Program-made: the position numbers and the translations under genes
Shown: piece by piece, positions 54,677 to 64,000 of the stretch
How the letters are laid out: each line of letters begins with the position of its first letter
Position numbering within the stretch: the stretch's first letter is position 1
The notes under the pieces: model-generated
Database searches by the model: none
Told to the model about the DNA's origin: nothing
What the model saw: the letters and a program-made list of their open reading frames with translations, nothing else
NCBI GenBank assembly: GCA_964016885.1
Contig: OZ024740.1
Span: 293,260,001-293,324,000, forward strand
Source of the DNA: Eledone cirrhosa
Lineage: Eukaryota
DNA: 64,000 nt
Direction: 5' to 3'

Positions 54677-54712
54677 CTTTTGAAAAGCAGAAGAACTGCG
54701 AAACGGGTAAAG
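54677..54712 (+). ncRNA. Hammerhead (U3-A8 variant), inverted pLTR copy
   Basis: CUU UUGAAAA GCAG-AAGAA-CUGC GAAA CGGG UA/ AAG. Confidence 0.65.
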
Positions 54713-54781
54713 GAACCAAATAAATATATATATATTTTTTTAAATAAGACTCCAGTTGCATTTTCGATTTCATCTCTTTTT

Positions 54782-54841
<60 letters not shown>

Positions 54842-54865
54842 ATATCAAACGTAAAACTAATAATA

Positions 54866-54938
<73 letters not shown>

Positions 54939-54950
54939 CATACATACATA

Positions 54951-55013
<63 letters not shown>

Positions 55014-55018
<5 letters not shown>

Positions 55019-55136
55019 AACGAGTAGGACCCCGGCGGCTGAGCTCAAGCCGTTTCGACGGCTAATTCGACGGCTAGTCCAGAATTAGCCGTCGAAACGG
55101 CTTGAGCTCAGCCGTCGGGGTCCTACTCGTTCCTAT
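55014..55136. repeat. 55-bp inverted repeat containing the 3' half of a hammerhead
   Basis: Arms 55014-55068 and 55082-55136 (1 mismatch); GACGGCUA/UAGCCGUC GAAA CGGCU..AGCCG UC. Confidence 0.8.
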
Positions 55137-55212
55137 TACCCACTCTACTACCCTAAGTATTGAGTACTTTGGTGCGTTATGGTCCACCTGGTTCCTTACC
55201 ACATTTCCTTCG

Positions 55213-55251
<39 letters not shown>

Positions 55252-55356
55252 AAAGTTCTATTTAAATTGTTGGGATACAACAAGTAAATATTTGTATAAC
55301 TGATATAAAGCACTCGACAAGTATTTGGAGTAAATATACGAAAAAGAAATAGAACT

Positions 55357-56026
55357 ATGAATATACTATGGTTCGCTCCTCCTTTCTCACTAAATATTAA
55401 AACCCCTATTGCTAAACTATTCTTTAAAGCTCTCGACAAACTCTTCCCTAGAACACATAGATATTACTCAATTTTTAATAGACATACTATAAAATTAACT
55501 TACTCTTCCACCAAAAATTTAGCGCAAAATATTAATAGAATTAATAATAGAAATTTAAAACCTATCCAAAATACCAATAATAACCCAAGCAATATTCAAT
55601 CGAATAATTGTAATTGTAGAAATAAATCCAACTGTCCGTTAAATAACAATTGCTTAGCTAAAAATGTAGTTTATAATTGTAATGTAAAAACTAATTTAAA
55701 TTCATTTAATTATGTCGGTTCTACCTCCACAGAGTTTAAATCCCGCTTCAATAATCATAAAAATTCTTTTACAGATCCAAACAAAAAATCTTCAACTATC
55801 TAGCCTATTATGGGACCTAAAACGAGATAATGTTGAATATTCGCTGATTTGGAATATTATTTCAAAAGCTACTCCTTTTAATTCCTCTTCAGAAAATTGC
55901 GATCTTTGTATAGAGGAAATATTCTTTATATTAAAGACCAAAAATTCCCTAAATTTAAGGAATAATTTATTCAGTTGCTGCAGACATAGATTGAACTCAC
56001 CGTTTAAATATAAATTTAAAATGTAG
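55357..56026 (+). pseudogene. Naiad-like PLE C-terminus with GIY-YIG endonuclease, frameshift near 55798
   Basis: WFAPPFS..FP..H..IFNRHTIKLTYS; CNCRNKSNCPL..C..NVVY..YVGST..FKSRFNNHKNSF; LW.LK..IWNI..A.PF..CDLCIEE..CCRHR. Confidence 0.8.
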
Positions 56027-56234
56027 TATAATTAATTAAGTAATTTGGTTAATATATGAAACCTGTCGATAAATCATTAGATTCCTTCACCTTTTTCATT
56101 TCATCTCAATTGTTAACTTAACTTAATATGACATGACTTAAGGTTTTCGTTCTCTCCCCCTCTCTCTATCTCTATATTTCTCTCTCTTGATTTTTTCTCT
56201 CTGTCCGGTGTTTTGATATCTCCCTCTCGTTTTT

Positions 56235-56395
56235 CGCTTTTTTCTTTTTTCTTTTTTCTTTTTTCTTTTTTCTTTTTTCTTTTTTCTTTTTTCTTTTTTC
56301 TTTTTTCTTTTTTCTTTTTTCTTTTTTCTTTTTTCTTTTTTCTTTTTTCTTTTTTCTTTTTTCTTTTTTCTTTTTTCTTTTTTCTTTTTTCTTTC
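56235..56395. repeat. (TTTTTC/TTTTTTC)n tract
   Basis: Directly visible. Confidence 0.9.
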
Positions 56396-56581
56396 TTTAT
56401 CTCTCCCTTTCTTTCTCCACTTTTCTCTCTCTCGGTTTTTCTCTCTCTCCGTCTTTTTCCTTCTCCGTAACACAACAACTTACTAAGATAAACAAATCCA
56501 CTATCCCTGATGTCTTCCAAAAGTAACGGTTACATTTTGAAAGGGTATGTCAATATTTATTTATAAAACTGGTATATATTG

Positions 56582-56646
56582 TATTTTGTCTGATGAAAGC
56601 ATACCATAATTTAACATGGTATCCTTGAAATATGTATAATAAAATA
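56582..56646 (+). ncRNA. Type I hammerhead ribozyme in the pLTR of the Naiad-like element
   Basis: UAUUUUGU CUGAUGA [AAG-c-AUACCAU..AUGGUAU-c-CUU] GAAA UAUGUA UA/ AUAAAAUA; stem II covaries with the 36484 copy. Confidence 0.8.
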
Positions 56647-56685
56647 GATATGGTTTTATAAATATAGTTTCCATTTGTTAATATC

Positions 56686-56722
<37 letters not shown>

Positions 56723-57864
56723 GAGAGAGAGAGAGAGAGATATGTAGATATGTATTTGTGTACGGTAGAGAGGGGGTGTGTGGTTTCATTGTCTATATGC
56801 AAGTTCAGTTGATAGATAGAAAAAGATCGGGAGATAGGTTAAATATTATATTTAATGCATCCTAGTAAATACACATTGCTATAAACATCGATTTTTTGCG
56901 TTGATACAAAGCCACAAATGTATATGTAAGTAGGTGGTTAGTCGATTGAATCGACTATAACACTGGTCAACAAATCCTTTCTATGGCAGTTTATTTTAGG
57001 TAGAGCAGAAAATATTTTAATATGGATTTCAAAAGTCTGTGGTTTTTCATTAAAACGTATAGTTCTTTTCAGACAAAACCAGTTACTGCTTTATAAATAT
57101 ATGTGAAATGTTAAGTATTTTATAGAATATTTAAACTGTATGACTTGATAATGTATTCCACCTGGCGGCCTTTTCTGATATATTGATATTACTTTTACAA
57201 CTAAGGTACAATAATGACTATCACAATGGAAATTGTGAAAAAATACGTGATATATTTTAGATATCATATATGTAACAAAGACTAGCAGTGGGCACTACAT
57301 CGAATCCGTACTGCTTGTTCAAATTGATTACGTGTTTGGTTGAAAAAAAAGATACACGGCTAATGCCTTTCACCATGCCTAGGATATGGAAAAAGCAATG
57401 AAATTATCATATATATTTCTACGTTTGTAGTGTTAACATTACTGTGCTTGTTGTGAACAAAAATAAGCTGAAGATTGCCTATCTAATCTTGTGTACAGCA
57501 CGTAAACCAGTCGCTTATGGTTCAATAATTCCCATTTCCCAACTTTTCCCAAATTCCAGAAATTCTTAATAAAATTTGAAACCATACATATTTATTGATA
57601 TCTTGCTTGATACCATTAAATGCCATGTTCATAGATGGAGTCTCTGTTGATATTCCCAATCCATGGCATGATAATGATCATACAAACAGATTTTAAAATT
57701 ACTCGTATTTCCTATACGTATGAAACAGTCATACTATCATGAATTACTATATCAAACGATACATTTATTGGTTTTAATGTTACAATATCACCATATGGGA
57801 TTAGTTATTAGCGAAAATTATATTGTATTATATCATATATTATATTATAGTATGGTATGATCCA

Positions 57865-58352
57865 GCAACTCCTAAGACAGTTGTAGCTGCGTCATAGTAG
57901 CATACAGCGTTTTGGGGGTATTTTAATGCGTGGCGGAGTCCATCGCTCTCCAGGTCAGAATATAGCAGATTTCTTCCAGAGAAGGATAGAAAGTGAGAGA
58001 GAAGTAAGAAATATATATAGAGGAAAGATCAACCTCAGAACTATACTGGTACTTTTTTGTTGACCTTGAAAGGATGAAAGGCAATGTTGACTTCGGCTGG
58101 ATTTGAACTCAGTGAACAGAGAGCAGCAATGAATACCGCAATGCATTCTATATGGTGTTCTAGCGATTCGGCCAATTTGCCGCCTAGAGGGTCAGCGCCA
58201 TGCTTTGACGCATAGAGTTACGGCCCTTGCCATTCTGAGTTCAAATCCCGGCGAGGTTAACTTTGCCTTTCATCTTTACGGGGTCGATAAAATAAAGTAC
58301 CAGTAATGCACTGGGTAATTGATGGCCTTGTGCCAAAAGGTAGAAACAATTA
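57865..58352. mobile_element. SINE family B (minus, to 58184) abutting a 5'-truncated family A copy (plus, 58185-58352)
   Basis: Alignment to the family consensuses. Confidence 0.75.
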
Positions 58353-58634
58353 TATTACATAGCTTATTAAATATCTGTTATTATATTCATAGCAAAACTT
58401 AAATTAATTCAGGTTGTCATCCATCTTTTTATTTTTTTTTTACATTTTGCGAAGCAATTCTTCAACGCCGTTATATGACACAAATAAAAGTAAATACTAA
58501 TAGGGTTTGAGTAATACAGATAATTTAATTGGTTGAATCTGGCTTCTCAGAATTGTGGAAGAGAAATATTTACAAACTGTTCGCTTGATTCTCTTTCTTG
58601 AAACTATAACTTTCACTATAACTACATCTCAGGT

Positions 58635-58940
58635 CAGTGGATTGGCAGTATCGGTATCGCGTCGGACAACATGGCATAAAGTTACGTCCCTTTACGTTCT
58701 GAGTTCAAAATCACGCCGAGGTTAGCTTTGCCTTTCATCCTTACGGAGTTGGGGTTGATAAAATAAAGTATCAGTAACGTACTGTGGTTGATAAAATAAA
58801 GTATCAGTAACGTACTGGGGTTGATAAAATAAAGTATCAGTAACGTACTGGGGTTGATAAAATAAAGTATCAGTAACGTACTGGGGTCGATTTAATCAAT
58901 ATCTCCTTCTCACAGAATTGTTGGACTAAATCAGGAACCA
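58635..58940 (+). mobile_element. SINE family A with internal 33-bp tandem expansion
   Basis: Four copies of ggttgataaaataaagtatcagtaacgtactgg. Confidence 0.8.
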
Positions 58941-58989
58941 TTATAACTACACGTCATTGTTTATGCTCTCGGAATTTGAAACATTCGGT

Positions 58990-59098
58990 CAGTGCCGGAT
59001 TTACCATCGTGCTTAGGTGTGATTAAGTGGGGCCCTTCTTCCTGCCAAAATATTTTTGTACTGCCTTCAGGGTCTCATTTGTCCTAAATCCGGCACTG
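58990..59098. mobile_element. 109-bp hAT-type MITE
   Basis: 14-bp TIR cagtgccggattta / taaatccggcactg; 8-bp TSD cattcggt / catccggt. Confidence 0.8.
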
Positions 59099-59728
59099 CA
59101 TCCGGTTTAAAGATCACCACGTGTAATTACATGTAACTTATAAGCAATTGTGTTGTCATGTCCTCTGTGATACTAGTATGAAGGGGTATTGGTAATCAGA
59201 AAGTGCTAAACTTGAACGAATGTTCAACCAGCCAATAGAGTATTTGTGTTTATCAACTAAACAAACATTGTACTGTCAGTTACATTGTTTTATGTTTCAC
59301 TTACCACTGTTCACCCCAAAATAGATTGTTTGTTTCTATCAGTTAAACCAACATTATTCTGTAAGTCGAAACTTAATAAAGTATCTTACCGCGATAATCG
59401 TTGACTTTCAGCCAATAAAACGCAGTTGAGCAGGCACGGGATATAAACTTTGGTTTGCAACCGAACGCCTGTTTGTTTACATTTGTGACAAGTGTTGTGA
59501 CTTAATTGTGACTGATTGGTGTTACGAAACAAATACTATTGACATGCATTATTACTTCAGAAGATACTTATTAATAGCTCTAAGAAGCAGCTTTGTGAGA
59601 AAAATGCTTAGAATTGGAACACCTGAGGCACCTTTTGCCTGTACCCGAACACTTTGAGTTTTCAATTCATAAACTGGTTTTTAGTGAAGTGGCGAGATAT
59701 ATACTTTTTTAATGCAAGTTCTCAAACA

Positions 59729-60055
59729 AGGCGGTGAATTGTCAGTCATTAGAACGTCGTATGGAATGCTTTGCGGTATTCATTCCCGCTCTCTGCACTC
59801 TGAGATCAAATCCCGCCGAGGTCAACTTTGCCTTTCATCCATTCGAGGTCGTTATAAATTTACCAGTCTAGTACTGGAGGTCGATTTTTCCACTATATCT
59901 CTTTCTCATTTCAATTCTCTCACTTTCTATCTTTCTCTGGAAGAACTCTGCTGTATTCAGACCTGGAGAGGAGATGAGCTCCGCCAGGTTTACATATGCC
60001 CTAGAAACGCCGTATGTCACTACGGCGTATATACGACTCCCTCATGTGTTATGGG
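59729..60055 (+). mobile_element. SINE family B
   Basis: aggcggtgaattgtcag..gagatcaaatcccgccgaggtcaactttgcctttcatcc..ctgctgtattcagacctggag. Confidence 0.78.
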
Positions 60056-61242
60056 ACCATGCACGTATAAGTTCCCAAGCATGGTTTATTGATTTTAGTG
60101 GCTTGGCTCCTAAAATCTTCTGAGTAGTGTTCAATCTGTTCCTTAAGTTTATCCTGAGGAAGTATTTCTACCCAAATCCATTTATTTAACAAAAACCTTA
60201 TTCAAGCACTAGGTAAGTTCAATTCAAGAAGATTTCAGTGTCTTTTTAAAACAATTACTAAATATAAGCGAGACAAATTTAAAGGAAGGAAATTTTGAGG
60301 AATCATGAATCGGTGAGATTTAAAAGTTATTGAATTTAACTAAGCTCTCAACACAGTGGACTTATAAAGCTTTGCAGGCTTTAAATTGGTCATGCAAAAT
60401 CTTCCAGGGGAATAATTTAATCCGCGCATATAGATATGTAGTTAACCTCATTGTACCTATAAAGAAATATGTTTTCGAGTGTTGTTAAAGATACACTTTC
60501 AATATTATTATTATTATTATTATTATTATTGGCGACCTACGTAGTAAATCGTATCATCGTGAGCTCCGCAAAGGTTTGTTATTTCCGTTTGTTAAAAATT
60601 GCCATTTATGGAAAATTTTTATTGTTAACTATATATAAGCGCACATTCATTGTTTTCCGAAAAGGACACCCAAAAAGATTGGGGCCTTGTGCCCAAAATT
60701 TAAACTTTTATGATTATCAAAAAATTTCTTTGAAAAAAAAATGGCTAATTCACCACTGCACCAAGCAGCTGAAAGCCTTTCTCACAAATTAACAGCTCAC
60801 ACCGACACCACCATTGTAAATGATACTACGTCTGCCAACACACAATTTAAGCAATAGCAATATTTTAAATTTGTCTCAGGCAGACATTCATTTCCCGCCA
60901 TTACCAATGACTGCAGGTGTTAAAGCCGCCACCACCACCACCACCACCGCGACAACCACCACCCCCACCACCACCGCGACAACAGAAACAAAAGGAAAAA
61001 ATAAATCAACTCGTGATGTCGAAATATTTTCAACCAAAATGGACTCCCCCAAACCGAATACACTGACGTCACCACCACCACAACTGAAACTAAAATTAAT
61101 AATAACAAAAATAACGATAGCAACAACAACAACAATGACATTAAAAAAACCACCCTGAGTTTTGCCAGAGTAGCAAAACAGTTCGAAGCATTTATGGTAA
61201 CTCAGGAGGATTTAGAAAATGCCAAACAAATGGTAAAGAAAG

Positions 61243-62715
61243 ATGGGTACAGGGTCAGCCTCCCCCCCCTCTCCACCACCTAATAAAATGGAGCATCGGC
61301 GCCTATGCACCGTGTCGTATCGAACAATAAATGTAAAATCGCGCCGAGTGGAACGGGCATCCGAGTCCCAAATCCAAAAAGCTTTGGGACATGTGTGGGC
61401 AAGAAAAACCCACATCAGACGTGGGCAGAAGTATGGAACCGTGGACGTGTTCTTTGAAACACCAGAGGAGGCTAGAGAACACTCCATGGCCCCATTAAGA
61501 AGTGACGACTTCACACTCGTCCCAAGCTATTGTGGCCAGAGACTCGTAAAGATCAGGGTGACCCACGTTCCACCGGCCATCGAAATTCCCTGGCTAATAG
61601 CGGCCGTCCTCGCCGGCATCGAAGCCAACACAAAGATAATAGCAATAGCAAAAGAAAAGCAGGAGAACTGGTCCGGATCTGGGATGGTGCTCCTGATCCA
61701 AGCGGACCAAAAAAGCATTGAGGAGATCCCAGAGGTAATAGACCTCGCTGACGGCAGCCACCTCACCGTAATTGTCGAGGGCAGAAGGCCTAGGTGTGTC
61801 GTTTGTGGTGAAGGAACCCACCTAAGGGCTTTCTGCCCTCAGGCTAAAAGGTTGAGGCCACCTCTCCTACCCACCCCAGTGACACAACCATCAACACCGC
61901 CAGTAGCAGAGATGGCAGCGACAACTGTAGCAGCAACAACAGAAGCAACTATAACAGCAACAACCCCAGCAACAGTAGCAAAACCAACACCACCACCACC
62001 CAACGCTTCAGAACTAGCACCAGCGCCTACACTATCCACCACGCCACAACCAAAACTAACGCCTGTGGAGGATTTTCCACTCCCCGGCCTATCACAACTG
62101 GAGACAGATTGTGACGACGAGGAGTGGGAAACGGTATCAGGAAAAAAAAAAAGAAACCAAAAAAGAAAAAATTCTCTTCCTTCCCCCTCCAAAAACAAAA
62201 TACAGAGGGAAACAAATAAATTAAGAAACAAAAAAGTTAAGACAGATATGCCACCATCCACACCAGCATCACCAACCCCATCAACCCAAACACCAACACT
62301 AACCCCATCACCATCATTAACCCCAACACCACCATCACCTACACCACAAAAGTCACCAAAATGCGAAACAGAAACAAACCCACAACAAACGCAAACAAAA
62401 CAAAACAACCAAAACGATACACACTACACAGCATTAAATTTGAACAACAAGCAATTATTACACTACATCCAACACAACACCAGCATCACAGAAAAAGACT
62501 ACACAACAACCCAAAAATTCACACCACCTCCACACATACAAATCACTCGCATCACACAGAAAACGTACATGACTCTAAAACAAAAATTCCCCAAAGACAT
62601 CGGAGACTTCCGACAAGCACTCTCCAGGAGGATTTATAAGGACATCCTTCCTGAGGAGGCCACAAGCAGTGAAAAGGATGGAAAAACCGTCCTTCCTCTA
62701 CGAGAAGTAAGGTAA
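61243..62715 (+). CDS. LINE ORF1 (gag-like, CCHC zinc knuckle, Pro/Thr-rich tail)
   Basis: 490-aa ORF; VEGRRPRCVVCGEGTHLRAFCP (CX2CX4HX4C); WETVSGKKKR. True start may lie upstream across a frameshift. Confidence 0.8.
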   Translation: MGTGSASPPSPPPNKMEHRRLCTVSYRTINVKSRRVERASESQIQKALGHVWARKTHIRRGQKYGTVDVFFETPEEAREHSMAPLRSDDFTLVPSYCGQRLVKIRVTHVPPAIEIPWLIAAVLAGIEANTKIIAIAKEKQENWSGSGMVLLIQADQKSIEEIPEVIDLADGSHLTVIVEGRRPRCVVCGEGTHLRAFCPQAKRLRPPLLPTPVTQPSTPPVAEMAATTVAATTEATITATTPATVAKPTPPPPNASELAPAPTLSTTPQPKLTPVEDFPLPGLSQLETDCDDEEWETVSGKKKRNQKRKNSLPSPSKNKIQRETNKLRNKKVKTDMPPSTPASPTPSTQTPTLTPSPSLTPTPPSPTPQKSPKCETETNPQQTQTKQNNQNDTHYTALNLNNKQLLHYIQHNTSITEKDYTTTQKFTPPPHIQITRITQKTYMTLKQKFPKDIGDFRQALSRRIYKDILPEEATSSEKDGKTVLPLREVR

Positions 62716-62749
62716 GTGGTCTTTCTCATCTTTTCCACTCCTTTTCAAC

Positions 62750-64000
62750 ATGACCTCACTCAGAATAGGCAGCATAAATGCGCGTGGCTTGGGGTCGTCA
62801 TGGAAGCAGGGCCACCTGCTCAACGACCTCAGGTCACTAAACATAGATGTAGTGGCCATCAGCGAGACCAGAATCTCCGAAGCACGGGCCTTCGCACCGA
62901 TCTTCGGCGGCTACGATGTGTACGCATCTCCCAGCCGTCCGGGATCGGGGGGAGGAGTTGCTGTGCTTTTTCGGAGAGGTTTGGATCTTGCCATACGGGC
63001 CATCTTCCTGGACCCAGAAGGTAAGTTGGTGGTGCTGGACGTGACCAGCGGAGAAGGGCAAGCTTTCAGTTTAGTGGCCGTCTATGCCCCGACAGGAGCA
63101 GGGCGGCCTGATTTATTCCGGCGTCTGGAGACCTTTCTTGGAACGTCCCGCTCTTTAGTGTTAGTGGGCGACTGGAACGGGATCTTAGATGCACGCTGGG
63201 ATTGTGTGGGATTAGTGGATAGGGAAGGAGGGTGCAAGAGTCTCACCAATCTGCTCAGGCGTTTTGAACTGTCTGACAGGTACCGAATGGATTTCCCGAA
63301 TGTACCAATGTGGACTTGGACAAATCGCATAGGGTCATCCAGATCATATCTAGATAGAGTATTTTGTAGGGAAATAGATAGGTCTAGCATAGGCTGTCCA
63401 CAATTCAAGATAGTCAGCTACACGGACCACAAATTCGTGATCTGTGTGCTTGATTTAGATAGGCTTCATAGACGAGGACCCGGCTACTGGAAGCTAAACG
63501 CGTCCTTACCAGCGCGCAAGGTCTACAGAGACCGGATTAGCGAACTAGTTAAGCGGGCGTTGACGGGGGCCATCGTCAACAACAAGTGGTGGTTTGCTCT
63601 GAAAAGAGCAATTAGAATAGAGTCCATGAGGTTTAGTAAGGCTTTAGCAATAGAGAAAAATAGAGCAGAGGGAGAATTAGTTAGAAAATTAGACGAGGCG
63701 CTTAGCAAAGACATCGCCGCGACCGACGTACTTGCGGCGAAATTGGCCCTTGACCAATTCTTCAATGCAAAGCACGAAGGCTGCGTTGTCAGAGCTAGGG
63801 TGTGTGCTCTCAGACACGAGGGGACGAAAGCCGTTCAATGGGCCCGAGTGGCGGAGGCGCGTCGTGGTAATAAAGCCACGATCCTGTCTTTGGTGGACCA
63901 CGACGGGCGCATGCTACTCGATCCCGGGCAAATGTGTGAAGCTTTTCAGCGACACTTCGCTCAACTGTTCGGGAGCAGTGGCGGGCCGGATCGAGGGATG
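62750..64000 (+). CDS. LINE ORF2 N-terminus (APE endonuclease), open to the window edge
   Basis: Manual translation gives 417 codons with no stop: MTSLRIGSINARGL..VAISETR..GGVAVL..AVYAP..GDWN..WTW..YLDR..TDHK..GYWKLN. Absent from the ORF track because there is no stop. Confidence 0.92.
   Translation, partial: MTSLRIGSINARGLGSSWKQGHLLNDLRSLNIDVVAISETRISEARAFAPIFGGYDVYASPSRPGSGGGVAVLFRRGLDLAIRAIFLDPEGKLVVLDVTSGEGQAFSLVAVYAPTGAGRPDLFRRLETFLGTSRSLVLVGDWNGILDARWDCVGLVDREGGCKSLTNLLRRFELSDRYRMDFPNVPMWTWTNRIGSSRSYLDRVFCREIDRSSIGCPQFKIVSYTDHKFVICVLDLDRLHRRGPGYWKLNASLPARKVYRDRISELVKRALTGAIVNNKWWFALKRAIRIESMRFSKALAIEKNRAEGELVRKLDEALSKDIAATDVLAAKLALDQFFNAKHEGCVVRARVCALRHEGTKAVQWARVAEARRGNKATILSLVDHDGRMLLDPGQMCEAFQRHFAQLFGSSGGPDRGM

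Larger units (their letters stand above)
51570..54870 (-). mobile_element. 5'-truncated Penelope-like element (Neptune-like) with tandem and inverted pLTRs
   Basis: 51570-52310 is inverted relative to 54182-54870; partial tandem copy 52370-52645; RT-thumb/GIY-YIG ORF in between. Confidence 0.88.
60531..64000 (+). mobile_element. Tx1/L1-clade LINE, 5' portion (UTR, ORF1, ORF2 start), continuing beyond the window
   Basis: Starts after (ATT)n; ORF1 plus ORF2 homologous to 18451-21893. Confidence 0.88.

Noticed and set aside
55357-56026. Selenocysteine recoding, as reported for some Naiad elements
   Set aside because: No in-frame TGA at Cys positions; the break is a frameshift

Overview
AT-rich, repeat-dominated eukaryotic (metazoan) DNA with no recognisable host gene. 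The SINE families and very high microsatellite load resemble cephalopod (Octopus-like) genomes, which is an inference. The window holds about 25 copies of tRNA-headed SINEs from three families and two related Tx1/L1-clade LINEs: one decayed at 18.4-21.9 kb, one apparently intact running off the right edge. It also has RTE, CR1 and CRE LINE fragments, a decayed Tc1, hAT and mariner-type MITEs, and several minisatellites. The most notable content is a dense set of Penelope-like elements (PLEs) and non-coding derivatives with tandem or inverted pseudo-LTRs (pLTRs). These carry about a dozen type I hammerhead-ribozyme (HHR) motifs read by eye: several intact, two with a U3-A8 core variant, and others degenerate or truncated. 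Most ORF-track entries are microsatellite artefacts. All family assignments come from motif recall, not database searches, and boundaries are approximate.
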